DNA of 64,000 nucleotides from Nitrosopumilus sp. (GCA_965205215.1 OZ242041.1:992001-1056000); one strand, 5' to 3'. Positions 30,719 to 41,356 are shown, counted from the stretch's first letter. Notes: generated by a model from the sequence alone, not told the origin. Numbers and translations are program-made.

Positions 30719-31661
30719 ATCGTAGAGTAGGTTTTTGGATCAAATTTAAAGCGATCGACCTTGTCGGCGCCGTCCGGCCTTTCTCCGCCGGTCCGGGCCG
30801 CGCCCCGCCGCACGAGCCCCCCCCCAAAATGGCACCCAGTCCGTTGGAACCCTCACGAGGGATCGGCTTCATCCACCCCCACCACCATTATCATCACCAC
30901 CCCCACCACCATGGCTGGTTCGGAAAGTGCTTTCCTGCGTGACGCTCGGCGCCGGGGAGATTCACGGGTTCGCATGCGGGCACACGGGAGCCGGCTGGTG
31001 CGACTTGACGGCGCCGTGCAGCAACCGCAGCAGCAGCAGCAGCAGCTGTTGTACATGGGCTTTTTTCGCCGCACTGTGCCTGCATGGCGCGGTACGGCCT
31101 GATAATCCGCCGCCTATTTGAACGGCAACAGGTAGTTCATCCCGTACCATGTTATGGCAAGCGCGATTCCCATCCCGAGCCACCAATAACGCATAGCCTG
31201 CGTTTTAACTGCTTGATAATAAATCTACAGCCGGTGCCGCGGCTCTTTATGCTTGGGGGATACGGCCGATTCCGCCGCGTTGCGCTGCTGGGCGGCATTA
31301 ATTATCATAATGACAACGGCAATAACGGCTGTAGCAACGCCCCCGATGCGGTGGTGGTACGCACCGGCGCACAATCGCCACGCCCGCCGCCCACGGGCCG
31401 GGGCGCAGTGGCATTCGCAGGTGACTGCATTCTCGAATGTGCGTCGAGTGTTTCCCCGTGCTTGGCGTGTTGCGTAATTCGTCGACCTCTGGGACAGACT
31501 GGATTGCAGATGGCCGGCACGCCCCGTGGCTGCGCACTGCAGTCGGGCGGCCTGTTCCATGCCGCGGAACCGCACCCTCCGGGCGGAGCGGATTGCGGAA
31601 CTGCGCAGCGCGTTGGCCAAAGAAGGACAACCCATAAATCCCCTAGCACCGTATACGCACT

Positions 31662-32060
31662 ATGATTAGCTCGCGCAGGATAACGTATATCGTCATCGGC
31701 GCAATGGCGGCATTCATCATGTTCAGCGTCGTGTCTGTAGGCCCCAAGCCGGTACATACGCCGTCGGCAGTCATATCCATAGCGGAGGGATCGTTTCTGC
31801 AAGGGTGCGAGGCAGAGGGTATCTGCTACATACCGCAAGACCTCACGATACGAAAGGGCGCCACCGTAACATGGACCAACGACGACACGGAGCTGCACAC
31901 AGTAACGAGCGGCGCCTCCAGCGAGACTGCGGCACTCGAGTTCGATTCCGGGATCATGGAGGTCGGGGGATCGTTTGAGCACACGTTTGAGAGCGCGGGC
32001 ACCTACGAGTACCACTGCACCATACATCCGTGGGCAAAGGCCGTCGTAGTAGTCAGATGA
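31662..32060 (+). CDS. Cupredoxin/plastocyanin-like blue copper protein
   Basis: N-terminal TM, VTWTNDD..LHTVTSG, YHCTIHPW; Ala at the usual axial Met position. Confidence 0.9.
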   Translation: MISSRRITYIVIGAMAAFIMFSVVSVGPKPVHTPSAVISIAEGSFLQGCEAEGICYIPQDLTIRKGATVTWTNDDTELHTVTSGASSETAALEFDSGIMEVGGSFEHTFESAGTYEYHCTIHPWAKAVVVVR

Positions 32061-32362
32061 GCCGGTGCGCGCGTCATCAGGCATATCTGTCCGGCCCACT
32101 TGCCTGTTCTGGGGGATAAACCGCGAGCGTCCAAGCTGCGCGCGATGGCATAACATGTTGCATAATCCCACAATCCGCCCTGCTCTAAGGGTGCCGCCCT
32201 GCGGCGGCGCGGGCCCGTCCAAAACGGCGGACAACATCTCGCAGCGTGCGGCCATGGGGGAGGGAGGGAAGGGGGGGGGGGGGAGTGGGCAAGGTGGCCG
32301 AATGGCCGCCCCGCATATCATCTCAAGGGTTAATTGGGGGCCCTGAAAGTGCCAACCACGTG

Positions 32363-32434
32363 GCCTTTGTAGTACAGTGGTTAGTATAGAGGATTGTGGA
32401 TCCTCGGACAGGGGTTCGATTCCCCTCAAAGGCC
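32363..32434 (+). tRNA. tRNA-His(GTG), G-1 encoded at 32362
   Basis: GCCTTTG/CAAAGGC acceptor stem, GAGGA-TTGTGGA-TCCTC anticodon arm, GGTTCGATTCC T arm, discriminator C. Confidence 0.95.
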
Positions 32435-32580
32435 CCTCCATTACCACATGCAGCCCACCTTCTGCACGGGCCTGATCCAGTTGTGAAGCCTAAAGGCGTG
32501 TGTGCGGGGGAGGGGGAGGAGAGACGACGCGCGTGATTCCCGGAGCCGGGCGCACACGCTGCAGCCCCGCGGAGCACGGG

Positions 32581-32967
32581 CTAGAATATGCCAAACTTGC
32601 TTGACTCCATCTCCTCTTTTATGGCGAGCTTGAACCGGGGCGCGTCGCCGTCGCCGTATGCCGCCACGTTTCTCTCAAGCCACGTGAGGAATTTCTTGTC
32701 AGGCCCCTTGCCCCTGAGGCTGTCAAAGTCGGCGGGGCCCATGACCTCGCGGAGTCTCTGTATGAGGGACCTGTTGACGCTCAGCACGAAAAAGTGCCAC
32801 CCGAATGCAAACTCCGAGTCGGTCATGGCAAACTCGTCTTCCGTGTGCGTCATCTGTTCGAGCATGACCATCTGCCTGGTCAGGGCCTTGCTGGCGCTGT
32901 CGTAGTCGACTGCAGAGACGTTGATGTTGAGCCTCCCGTCCGCAAAGTCTCCCGCGCCAGTTGCCAT
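32581..32967 (-). CDS. Hypothetical protein
   Basis: 128-aa ORF with host-like codon usage and TTTTTAT box upstream. Confidence 0.7.
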   Translation of the reverse strand: MATGAGDFADGRLNINVSAVDYDSASKALTRQMVMLEQMTHTEDEFAMTDSEFAFGWHFFVLSVNRSLIQRLREVMGPADFDSLRGKGPDKKFLTWLERNVAAYGDGDAPRFKLAIKEEMESSKFGIF

Positions 32968-33009
32968 ACGTAAAGTATGCCCGCCGCCGATAAAAATATT
33001 GCACCGCCC

Positions 33010-33831
33010 CTAGGGATCCTTTTGCTGATCCCTTGCCAGCAGGTGGTCAAAGTCTATGTCAAAGTTCATCTTCATCAGCTTTACGTACGTGGATATGGGC
33101 TCCGGTATCTCCTCGCCGCACGCTATGCCCAGCCGCCACGCGTTCGTCCATATGGTCAGGGTCTGTATGATGGTCAGAAACCTGTCGTTTGCGGTGCCGG
33201 GGGGCCCCAGCGCCTTCGTGTATCTCTCTGCATGCTCCCACGCCGTAACAAAGTCCACGCAGTCCCTCTTGAATACGGCCTTCAGCTGCTCGCCCACGTC
33301 TTTTGCGGGCCGGAGGGGGGTCTTGCACATGACGTACGGAAAGTCCACGGCGTCCGGCAGGCATCCGGGCAGCGGGCCCCACACGGTGAGTATTCGCGTG
33401 CCGTCGTCAAGCGAGCCGAACCTCTCTGCCATCGCGTCGATGAGGTCCGAGTCGTTTGCAAACCAGAACAGTATCACTGTCGCGTCCGACATGTCCGCGT
33501 CGCGTATGTCGGCGCACTCGAGCCGGTACCTGTCGCGCAGGCCCGCATCCTGCGCGGCGTCACCCTCCTGCATCCATTCCTCAAGCAGGGCGCGCGCGTC
33601 GCGAATCTTTGACGCGTCAGAGTCCACGCCCACCGCGCGCCTAGCGCCAAACTCTGTGAGAGCGATTCTGATGCCCTCTGCGGATCTGCCGCACCCGAGG
33701 TGATACACCGTGTCGCCGGCGCCAAGCCCTGCCAGCCTGAACATATCCCTGAGTGATCGCTGGCTCAGCTCGGCGTCCGCGCCGCTCAGCATGTCGTCCG
33801 GAAGCGTACTTAGGTATTCTTCTATCTTCAA
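33010..33831 (-). CDS. SAM-dependent methyltransferase-like protein
   Basis: YHLGCG motif I, AVGVD, ADI...DATVI. Confidence 0.8.
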   Translation of the reverse strand: MKIEEYLSTLPDDMLSGADAELSQRSLRDMFRLAGLGAGDTVYHLGCGRSAEGIRIALTEFGARRAVGVDSDASKIRDARALLEEWMQEGDAAQDAGLRDRYRLECADIRDADMSDATVILFWFANDSDLIDAMAERFGSLDDGTRILTVWGPLPGCLPDAVDFPYVMCKTPLRPAKDVGEQLKAVFKRDCVDFVTAWEHAERYTKALGPPGTANDRFLTIIQTLTIWTNAWRLGIACGEEIPEPISTYVKLMKMNFDIDFDHLLARDQQKDP

Positions 33832-33945
33832 CTGTCAAGTCACCGCTATCGCCGCCCGTCTTTTTTTTCTTTGTGCGGGCCTGCCGGCACGCGCGCACGC
33901 AGCTGCCGGCGCGCCTCGGCGCGCCGCACCCGCCTGCCGCCGGTC

Positions 33946-34215
33946 CTACTCCCTTATGCTCTCCAGCTTTGATACTGCCTGCCAGAGCTGCGTCCTTACG
34001 TACGAGGGCATGTTGGGATCCTGCGTGACGTCATCAAGCATGCTGATTGCGTTTGCCGCCCTGACTGACAGCGAGTATTCTGTGCCGTTGAGCTCGGTTA
34101 TCAGTTCCATGATGGATTTCTTGATGGTCTTGGGGGTGGTGCCGCTCTCCGCTATCTGCGTGAGTGTCTCCAGGGAGTCCTTCATGGCCTCCCGGTTCTG
34201 TGCATCGTCTGCCAT
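33946..34215 (-). CDS. UPF0147 family protein
   Basis: TTPKTIK...VRAANAISMLDD...DPNMP..VRT.LW..VS.LE. Confidence 0.9.
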   Translation of the reverse strand: MADDAQNREAMKDSLETLTQIAESGTTPKTIKKSIMELITELNGTEYSLSVRAANAISMLDDVTQDPNMPSYVRTQLWQAVSKLESIRE

Positions 34216-34275
34216 GTATGACTCGTCTTTTTGGGTAGTAATATAGTTAAAGACGTCCGGGCCTTCTTGGCGCCG

Positions 34276-34617
34276 TCACACCTCTACGAAGAGGCTGCCT
34301 GATTCTGCCGTCACCTTGTACGAGCCAAGGTCCCGTATGGGCGCCGGGAACTTTGCAAGCTTGCCCGTGGCGCAGTCAAACTCCGCCTTGTGCCACCCGC
34401 ATACTATGGTGCCGCACGCGCCGCCGTCCTCGCCCTTCCCTTCTTCCTGCCTCAGCGTGCCCTCCGAGAGGGACGCCCCGGAGTGCGTGCACGTGTCGTC
34501 AGTCGCGTAATAGCTGCCGTTTACGTTGGCCACCAGTATGTCGAGCCCGTTGACGGTGGCCTTTAGCATGCCGCCGGATGCTATGTCCGACTCGCTGCAT
34601 ACGAGGTGCTTTCCCAT
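34276..34617 (-). CDS. Rieske [2Fe-2S] ferredoxin
   Basis: CTH...CGWH ligand motifs. Confidence 0.9.
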   Translation of the reverse strand: MGKHLVCSESDIASGGMLKATVNGLDILVANVNGSYYATDDTCTHSGASLSEGTLRQEEGKGEDGGACGTIVCGWHKAEFDCATGKLAKFPAPIRDLGSYKVTAESGSLFVEV

Positions 34618-34663
34618 GGATTTTGTTTTTAACTCTGGCGTCTTAAGTCTTGCCACGGGGCGC

Positions 34664-35692
34664 ATGATGGTGAGGGTTCGCAGGGTTCATGAGGGGGATC
34701 GCGGGTTTGTCCTGGGGTACTGCCGGGACACGTTCGGCTGGGGCGACTACATAGGCGACGTCTGGGACGACTGGCAGTCTGACGGGGAGTTTCTGGCGTG
34801 CGAGGACTGCGCGCCCGCGTCCCCTTCGCCGCAGGATCCCGTCGGCGTCTGCCACGTGCACATGTCGCCCGGACAGGCCTGGATAGAGGGAATACGGGTC
34901 CATCCGCAGTACCGCCGCCGCGGCATCGCCACGTTCCTTGTGAGGGAGGCCGAGCAGATGGCGCTTCGGCGGCTGCGGCCGTTGTTACAGCAGCAGCAGC
35001 AGCAACCACAACAACAACCACAACAACAACCACAACAACAACCACAACAACAACCACAACAACAACAACCACGGCAGCAGCAGCAGCGCCGCCCCAGCCC
35101 CCCGCCTCGCGACGTGGCAGAGGATGGCGGGCTGGCGTCTGCCATGATAATCGATGCTAGGAACGAGCCGTCGCTTGCAATGGTGCGGCTGCTCGGATAC
35201 GATGTCATGAGCGCGTGGACGTACCACAGGCTGCCCCCGCGCAGCCCCGACGCCGGCGCGCGCCGCAAGATCACCGTGCTGCGCGATCTCGACTGCGCCG
35301 CATACCCGCATTTTGTAAGGGAGTGGAGGTGGTTTGAGACCCGCAGGCTGGGCGCGCGCGGCGCTCTCTCGGGAGACCCCCCCGTTGTAGTCACGGCGCG
35401 TCCCACGCGCCCGGACGGTGGGGCACCGGACGGTGGCGGCCGGGCAGCGGCCGTCTCCGTGCTTGCGGCCGGCAAGACGGTCGACGGACCGGGCAGAACC
35501 CTGTACGCCACACTCTATCCGGGCGCGGATCCCGCCGGCACGGATGAGATGATTGCGTTTCTGGCCGGTGCGGCGGCCTCCGAGTCGTGCGCGGCGGCCA
35601 ACGTCTTTACGCTGGGCGGGCTGCCGCCCGGCTGCCGGGAACGGCCGCGGCACTTTTTTGAGTTCTGTCTGGTGAACAAGAGGCTGGCATGA
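34664..35692 (+). CDS. GNAT acetyltransferase with internal poly-Gln/Pro insertion
   Basis: WGDYI, WIEGIRVHPQYRRRGIA, NEPS....LGY. Confidence 0.82.
   Translation: MMVRVRRVHEGDRGFVLGYCRDTFGWGDYIGDVWDDWQSDGEFLACEDCAPASPSPQDPVGVCHVHMSPGQAWIEGIRVHPQYRRRGIATFLVREAEQMALRRLRPLLQQQQQQPQQQPQQQPQQQPQQQPQQQQPRQQQQRRPSPPPRDVAEDGGLASAMIIDARNEPSLAMVRLLGYDVMSAWTYHRLPPRSPDAGARRKITVLRDLDCAAYPHFVREWRWFETRRLGARGALSGDPPVVVTARPTRPDGGAPDGGGRAAAVSVLAAGKTVDGPGRTLYATLYPGADPAGTDEMIAFLAGAAASESCAAANVFTLGGLPPGCRERPRHFFEFCLVNKRLA
34988..35086 (+). repeat. (CAG)n/(CAACCACAACAA)n microsatellite encoding QQQP repeats
   Basis: Directly visible. Confidence 0.95.
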
Positions 35693-35704
35693 GCGCGGCG
35701 CCCG

Positions 35705-36610
35705 TCACGACGGCACCTTTCTTACCGTGTTGCGGATGGAGCCGAGCCCCTCTATCTCCATGTCGATGGTGTCCCCGTCCTCCAGGTACGGGGTGCCGGG
35801 ATTCTTCAGCGCGACGCCGGCAGGCGTCCCTGTCGATATGACGTCCCCCGGCTCGAGGCTCATGACCCTCGAGAGCTTTGATATTATCTGCGGTATCTTC
35901 AGCAGCATCATTTCAGTCGACGAGTCCTGCCTGGACTCCCCGTTGACCCTGGTGGCGAGCCTCAGGCCGTGCGGGTCGGCTACCTCGTCTGCCGTGGTGA
36001 TCCAGGGCCCGCAGGGCGCAAAGTCGTCAAACCCCTTTCCCCTGGTAAACTGCTTGTCCTGGAACTGTATGTCGCGGGCCGAGACGTCGTTTAGTATCAT
36101 GTATCCGAACACGTACTCCATGGCCTCCTCGGCGGCAACGTTCTTGCACCTGCCACCGCCGCTACCGTTCCCGACCACCACTGCAAGCTCGACCTCGTAG
36201 TCGAGCTGCCTCACAAAGTCCGGGCACCGTATCTCCGCGCCCGTGCCTGTCAGGGCGGTCCTCGGCTTTATGAACAGCACGGGATCCTCGGGGGCGTCGA
36301 GTCCCTGCTCCCTTGCGTGGTCCGTGTAGTTGAACGTGAGGCATACTATCTTGCCGGGGTTTGGGAGTGGGGCCAGCAACTCGTAATCTGACACGTGGCT
36401 GTTGTACGGGATCTCCTTCTGCCTTGTCTTGTCGTACCACCCGCCAAAGAGAAACTCCGCAACGTCTCGCGGTATGGGCACGCCGGTGGCAAACGTGATG
36501 TCGTCCCTGGTCGCAATCCTGCCGCCTCCATCAACGAGCCCGTACGTCTCCCTGGACGACCACTTGTCGGACCGCTCGTTTTTGCGCGGCATAAGGCGGG
36601 CTACTCTCAT
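35705..36610 (-). CDS. Fumarylacetoacetate hydrolase family protein
   Basis: KIVC..FNY..H, LDYEVEL, NDVSARD, GKGFD, TGTP.GV. Confidence 0.93.
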   Translation of the reverse strand: MRVARLMPRKNERSDKWSSRETYGLVDGGGRIATRDDITFATGVPIPRDVAEFLFGGWYDKTRQKEIPYNSHVSDYELLAPLPNPGKIVCLTFNYTDHAREQGLDAPEDPVLFIKPRTALTGTGAEIRCPDFVRQLDYEVELAVVVGNGSGGGRCKNVAAEEAMEYVFGYMILNDVSARDIQFQDKQFTRGKGFDDFAPCGPWITTADEVADPHGLRLATRVNGESRQDSSTEMMLLKIPQIISKLSRVMSLEPGDVISTGTPAGVALKNPGTPYLEDGDTIDMEIEGLGSIRNTVRKVPS

Positions 36611-36612
36611 GT

Positions 36613-38748
36613 CTAACCGTGCGTAAAGATCACGCGCCTGCCGGTGTCCTTCCTGCAGTATCCGAACCTGACAAACTGGATCTCCGCGCCCTCCTCCACG
36701 TTTTCAAAATGCGGCTCAGTATAAACTTCTGTCTCCTCCAGGCTATTCTCGTCAAACTCCTCCCCGTCAAACGGCCTCTTTGGTATGGTAAGCCTTATCC
36801 TTACGGCAGTCTCCCTGGAGACCCATTGCATCTTGGCGTCCTCTGCGGTCTCCTGCTTTTTCCTCCTTGCCGGCTCTGCCGCGGCCTCGTCTTGCAGCGC
36901 CCTTTTTTTGGCAGGCGGCATCTCGATCTTCATCTTTTCAAAATAGTCCAGTATGTCGCCTGCCCCGAACGGCTCGTCTATGTCCGCGACGTACCTGGCG
37001 TATGCGTCCACGTCCTCCTCCCTGCTTTTGACGCCGCCACCACTGTCGCCGTACGGGATGCTCCTCGTGCCGCCGCCAAGACCATGGCGTGTCATACCGC
37101 CGCCGCCGCCGCCGATCCCGAACCCCTCTTTGGCGTCCCGTCCGGGCAGCTTTGTTATGACCACGTATGCCAGTCCCAGCAGCCTTACTATGGAGCCCTC
37201 CTCCAGCCTGTCAAAGTCGCCGCCGGGTATGTACACGTCGCCGCTTGCAGGCATCGCCCTCTTGCCCATTCCTTCGTGCAGCGGATGGTTCGGCACCCCT
37301 GTCCGATCTTCCATCTGCTTTTGCGCTTCCGTGTCGTCGCGTATCACGAGCCTCCTCGGGTTCATTGCCATGAACAGCCTGGTGCTCTGCGCGTCTATCA
37401 TGCTGCGGTTTATGGACTCGAGTGTCTCGAAGGGCGCTACTGTGTCTGCCTTTGTCATCCCAAGCGACTCGATGAACTTTCTTACCGCCTCGGGCCTTAT
37501 CCCCCTGCGCTTGAGGCCGCCCAGGGTCGGAATCCTGGGATCGTCGTACCCCGTTATGCGGCCGTCCTCCATCAGCGGCTTTATCACCCTCTTTGATGTC
37601 GGCATCCCCTCAAAGGCCAGCCTTGAAAAGTAGTGCTGCTCGGGCTTCCTCATTCCCAGCGCGTCAAGTATCTCGCCGATCAGCTCGGCCCTCGTCTCGA
37701 ACTCCTTTGAGCGGAACGCGTGCGTGATGCCGTGTACGCTGTCCTCCACTGCCACTGCCATGTCGTAGCTCGGCCAGACCCTGTATTTGGCGCCCTGCCT
37801 GTAGTGCGGCGTGCTGATTATGCGAAACAGCACGGGGTCGCGCATCACGGCGTTGTCGGCCTTCATGTCGCCGCGGAACCTCATCACGGCGTCGCCGGCC
37901 TTGATCTTTGCACTGTGCATCTTGCTCCACCTCTTGTAGTGCTCGTCGGGGTCGTCCTTTCTGCAGCACTTGCACTCTGTCCGCTCCCTGCGGTTCCTGC
38001 TGATGGCATCCTTTTTGCAGGTGCAGACGTACGCCATGCCGGACGTTATCAGACTCTCCCCCTTCTCGTACATGATCTCTATGTCGTCTGACGTGTACCT
38101 GACGTCCTCTTTCTTGAACTCGAGCCCCAGCCACTCGAGCCCCACGTTGATTCCGGCAAGGTACTCTTTTCTCTCGGCGTCGGGGTTCGTGTCGTCGATT
38201 CGCAGTATGCACCTGCCGCCGTACTTGGCCGCATAGTCCCAGTTTATGATGGCCGCCTTTGCGTGGCCTATGTGGGGGTACCCGTTGGGTTCCGGGGGAA
38301 AGCGGGTGACGACGGCCCCCTGCTGCGCGCCCTCGAGCTGCGGGAGCCACGCGCCGGGCGCATCGTCCTGACTTGGCGGCTTGTCTGCATCGGGTTCCGC
38401 CTGCTGCGCGCCTGCTTCCCGCCTTGCCGCCTCCAGCCTTCTGCCCTGCTCGTCGGCGGGCATGGCGTTTACCTGAGACACCACGCCTGCCACGATTCTT
38501 GACACCCTGGGAATAGAGTCGCGGAGATCCCGCCTTGTCCCGAGTATCTTTCCCAGTATGTTCTTGTCTCTGGTCCGGCCGCCGTGCGCCGCGGCGTTCT
38601 CCAGCGCCAGGTACATGATGTGGGCCTTCAGCTGTTCGTCACTGCCTCCATTGTCGGCGTCATTCATGCCGGGCTCCGCATCTGGTTGCTTGGACGGCAG
38701 TGACTCTGATGGCAGTGACTCTGATGGTGATGATTCTGATACCATCAC
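36613..38748 (-). CDS. gltX: Glutamyl-tRNA synthetase
   Basis: TRFPPEPNGYPHIGH, RIDDTNP, TSKR, QFVRFGYCR. Confidence 0.96.
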   Translation of the reverse strand: MMVSESSPSESLPSESLPSKQPDAEPGMNDADNGGSDEQLKAHIMYLALENAAAHGGRTRDKNILGKILGTRRDLRDSIPRVSRIVAGVVSQVNAMPADEQGRRLEAARREAGAQQAEPDADKPPSQDDAPGAWLPQLEGAQQGAVVTRFPPEPNGYPHIGHAKAAIINWDYAAKYGGRCILRIDDTNPDAERKEYLAGINVGLEWLGLEFKKEDVRYTSDDIEIMYEKGESLITSGMAYVCTCKKDAISRNRRERTECKCCRKDDPDEHYKRWSKMHSAKIKAGDAVMRFRGDMKADNAVMRDPVLFRIISTPHYRQGAKYRVWPSYDMAVAVEDSVHGITHAFRSKEFETRAELIGEILDALGMRKPEQHYFSRLAFEGMPTSKRVIKPLMEDGRITGYDDPRIPTLGGLKRRGIRPEAVRKFIESLGMTKADTVAPFETLESINRSMIDAQSTRLFMAMNPRRLVIRDDTEAQKQMEDRTGVPNHPLHEGMGKRAMPASGDVYIPGGDFDRLEEGSIVRLLGLAYVVITKLPGRDAKEGFGIGGGGGGMTRHGLGGGTRSIPYGDSGGGVKSREEDVDAYARYVADIDEPFGAGDILDYFEKMKIEMPPAKKRALQDEAAAEPARRKKQETAEDAKMQWVSRETAVRIRLTIPKRPFDGEEFDENSLEETEVYTEPHFENVEEGAEIQFVRFGYCRKDTGRRVIFTHG

Positions 38749-39801
38749 TCACACACTTCTCTTTACGACAAAGTCCAGCAGAGCCTCTAGCTCCCCTCTT
38801 GCCCTCCTGTTTGGATAGGACGCCAGACTGCCCCTTGCCTTCTCCGCGTGCCGCATGGCCATCTTTCTTGCCCTCTCTTCCACCCCGAGCTCGCGTACGG
38901 ACTCGACTGCGCTGTCAAGCATGGACCTTGATGCGCGCGGGTTCCCAAACGCGCTTGATATCGTCCTTCGGTGCTTGGTGCCGGACGACGCCTTGATTGC
39001 CATCAGTATGGGAAGCGATTTCTTGCCCTCCCTGATGTCGTTTCCCACGGGTTTTTTCGTGACTGACGCGTCGCCCGTCACCCCTATCAGATCGTCTGTT
39101 ATCTGGAATGCGATCCCGAGACTGCGCCCGAACCGCGAGAGGTTCTTGACATCCTGCGCCCCCGCGCCGGCGCATATGGCGCCCATGGCGCACGACACGT
39201 CAAAGAGGGCCGCGGTCTTCTTGCCTATCATCGTGATGTACTCCTTTTGGGACGGCAGCCTCTTTGCCTCTGCCATTTTGATGTCGAGCATCTGGCCCTC
39301 GCACACGTCAACGCACGCCGTCGCAAGGCGCGACACGAGCTCGTGCGTCTGCCTCTCCCTTCTGGGGTCGTCAGGCCCGGAGCCCCTTCCGCTCCCCCTT
39401 CCGGCAAGCGTCTGGTACGCCTTTGAGAAGAGTATGTCGCCTGCAAGTATGGCCACCGGCACGCCGAATCTCTTGTGGACGGTGGGCACGCCGTGGCGCA
39501 CGTCGTCGTTGTCCATTATGTCGTCGTGAAGCAGGGTAAAGTTGTGCACCATCTCTACTGCCGACGCCGCCCGGCGGGCGTCTGCCACGCTGCCTCCGAG
39601 TATCTGGCAGCTCTTTATCACCATGTAGGGTCTCAGGCGCTTTCCCCCGTGTATGATCAGGTGCCTTGCCGCCCTGTACAGCTCGTCGGGGCTTCCGGCC
39701 AGGCTCCTTGTCAGGTGCGCGTCCACCGCGCGGGCTGTCCTCTTCATGCTGTGGCCCGCGCCGCCGTCGCCAACGCCGCTTCGCGCCCCCGCCTTCTTCA
39801 T
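38749..39801 (-). CDS. Geranylgeranyl diphosphate synthase
   Basis: GGKRLRP, HDDIMD, KTA, FQITDD, DIREGK; start overlaps the idi stop (ATGA). Confidence 0.94.
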   Translation of the reverse strand: MKKAGARSGVGDGGAGHSMKRTARAVDAHLTRSLAGSPDELYRAARHLIIHGGKRLRPYMVIKSCQILGGSVADARRAASAVEMVHNFTLLHDDIMDNDDVRHGVPTVHKRFGVPVAILAGDILFSKAYQTLAGRGSGRGSGPDDPRRERQTHELVSRLATACVDVCEGQMLDIKMAEAKRLPSQKEYITMIGKKTAALFDVSCAMGAICAGAGAQDVKNLSRFGRSLGIAFQITDDLIGVTGDASVTKKPVGNDIREGKKSLPILMAIKASSGTKHRRTISSAFGNPRASRSMLDSAVESVRELGVEERARKMAMRHAEKARGSLASYPNRRARGELEALLDFVVKRSV

Positions 39802-40508
39802 TGCTCGACCAGCCTCCAGGACTCTTTTGGCATGTGGCTTGATATGGCGCCAAGAAGCGAGTCCTTTACCTCCGCGGTCATCCACGGGTCCAGTATTCCG
39901 GAGTGCTTTTCGAGCGCTGCGCGGTCGGATTTGTCAAGCAGGTACAGGGCCACCAGCATCCACGGGCAGTACGCGCCGGGGTTCTCGGCCGCGTCGGCCG
40001 CCACTTGGCCTGCCGACACGGTGCGGACTCCGTCTATCTCCCCCCTTACCTGCACCACGTCTGACGCGTCGCGTATGGTGCCGACCAGCGTGCCGCATAT
40101 CTCGTTCTCGGATCCTATGTCTTTGTACGGCACGTGGTACTCGAACTTGTGCAGATAGTCAAACTCGGCAGTAACCCCGAGCTCCTCTGGCATCCTCCTC
40201 TGGCATGAGGACACGTAGGTCTCCGACTCGCGCGGGTGGCTTGCAAAGGTGCCGTCCCAGTATCCGGGCCAGAGCATCTTCTCCCCCGCGCGCCGCCCCA
40301 GTATCAGGCCGCCGCTCTTCTCCTCAAAGAGCAGGGCGGTAAACGCCCTGTGCAGCTTGCCGTCGGGCAGATGGCACCTGACCTTTTCCTCCATGCCGAT
40401 GGGGTTGTCGTGCTCGTCGACCAGTATTACGTACTCTTCATGCGGCTTGTCCTGGCCCGAGGCGGCAGCAGCAGTAGTGGCAATCGTAGCGTTCGCGGCT
40501 GCAGTCAT
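39798..40508 (-). CDS. idi: Isopentenyl-diphosphate isomerase, type 1
   Basis: ILVDE.D..IG..EK..CH, LHRAF, SHP, EELG, SENEIC. Confidence 0.92.
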   Translation of the reverse strand: MTAAANATIATTAAAASGQDKPHEEYVILVDEHDNPIGMEEKVRCHLPDGKLHRAFTALLFEEKSGGLILGRRAGEKMLWPGYWDGTFASHPRESETYVSSCQRRMPEELGVTAEFDYLHKFEYHVPYKDIGSENEICGTLVGTIRDASDVVQVRGEIDGVRTVSAGQVAADAAENPGAYCPWMLVALYLLDKSDRAALEKHSGILDPWMTAEVKDSLLGAISSHMPKESWRLVEQ

Positions 40509-40510
40509 CC

Positions 40511-41356
40511 TTACTTGATCCTCCTCTTGGCCCTCTTGGATGCCGTCCTTTTACTTTTTTTCCTTTTCCCGTCTTTTGTGGCGGTGTCTGCCTCAAAGAG
40601 CGTCCCCCGGAACTCCTTGGATGCCGCCGCGTCGCGTATCCTTCTTGGATGGTTGCCGTTTACGAGCGCGACCTGTATGCCGTATCCTGCAATGCGGGCG
40701 GCCTCTGCCACCTTGCGCGCCATTCCGCCCGTCACGTCCATCGCGCCGCCCCTCGGGGAGCTGAGATCCGATGCCGCCGCCCGGCCCGCGCCCGCGGGTA
40801 CGCGCTCCACCAGCCTCTTTGACTCCATGTCCGTATAGAGCCCGTCCTCGGCGAGCGCAAATATGCAGAGCCTCGGCCTTGCAATGCGCGCCATGTGTGA
40901 CATTATCTTGTCGCCGGACAGGATGTACGTCTTGGAGCCGTCCCCGTACCATACCGCGTCCCCGTACGTGACGGGGGTCATCTCCGATGCGGCGGCTATG
41001 TCTGCGACCTCGCGCACCCTTGAGGGGATGGGCCTCGGACCTGTCATGAACCCGGAGGGCGCCATCGCGTAGGGCCTGAGGCCGCCCCTGAGCAGCTCCT
41101 CGAGGATTATCAGGTTCAGCTGCACCATGGAGTTCTTTACCACCGAGACGCCCCTCGGGTCATAGTCGCGCTCTGCAGTGTGCATGTCGTACTTGACTGA
41201 CCAGTAGTGTCCAAACGACCCCCCTCCGTGCACTATGATTGCCGGCTCCTCGATTTTTGCAATCGCCCTTGCCATGCCGGCAATCTTGGGCCTCGACGCG
41301 GAGAGCGGCTTTGACTTGTCGGTTATCACCGAGCCCCCCAGTTTTATGAGAATCAA
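40511..41356 (-). CDS. Isopentenyl phosphate kinase
   Basis: IKLGGSVITDK, VHGGGSFGH, LSGD, DVTGGM..K. Confidence 0.92.
   Translation of the reverse strand: MILIKLGGSVITDKSKPLSASRPKIAGMARAIAKIEEPAIIVHGGGSFGHYWSVKYDMHTAERDYDPRGVSVVKNSMVQLNLIILEELLRGGLRPYAMAPSGFMTGPRPIPSRVREVADIAAASEMTPVTYGDAVWYGDGSKTYILSGDKIMSHMARIARPRLCIFALAEDGLYTDMESKRLVERVPAGAGRAAASDLSSPRGGAMDVTGGMARKVAEAARIAGYGIQVALVNGNHPRRIRDAAASKEFRGTLFEADTATKDGKRKKSKRTASKRAKRRIK

Noticed and set aside
30719-31661. Long intergenic region with CAG run and several ORFs
   Set aside because: Low-complexity ORFs without motifs; no convincing RNA structure seen.
32363-32434. tRNA as integration site of an island
   Set aside because: No duplicated tRNA 3' end or integrase seen in the window.
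39798-40508. Type 1 IDI in an archaeon as a novelty
   Set aside because: Already known for this lineage.
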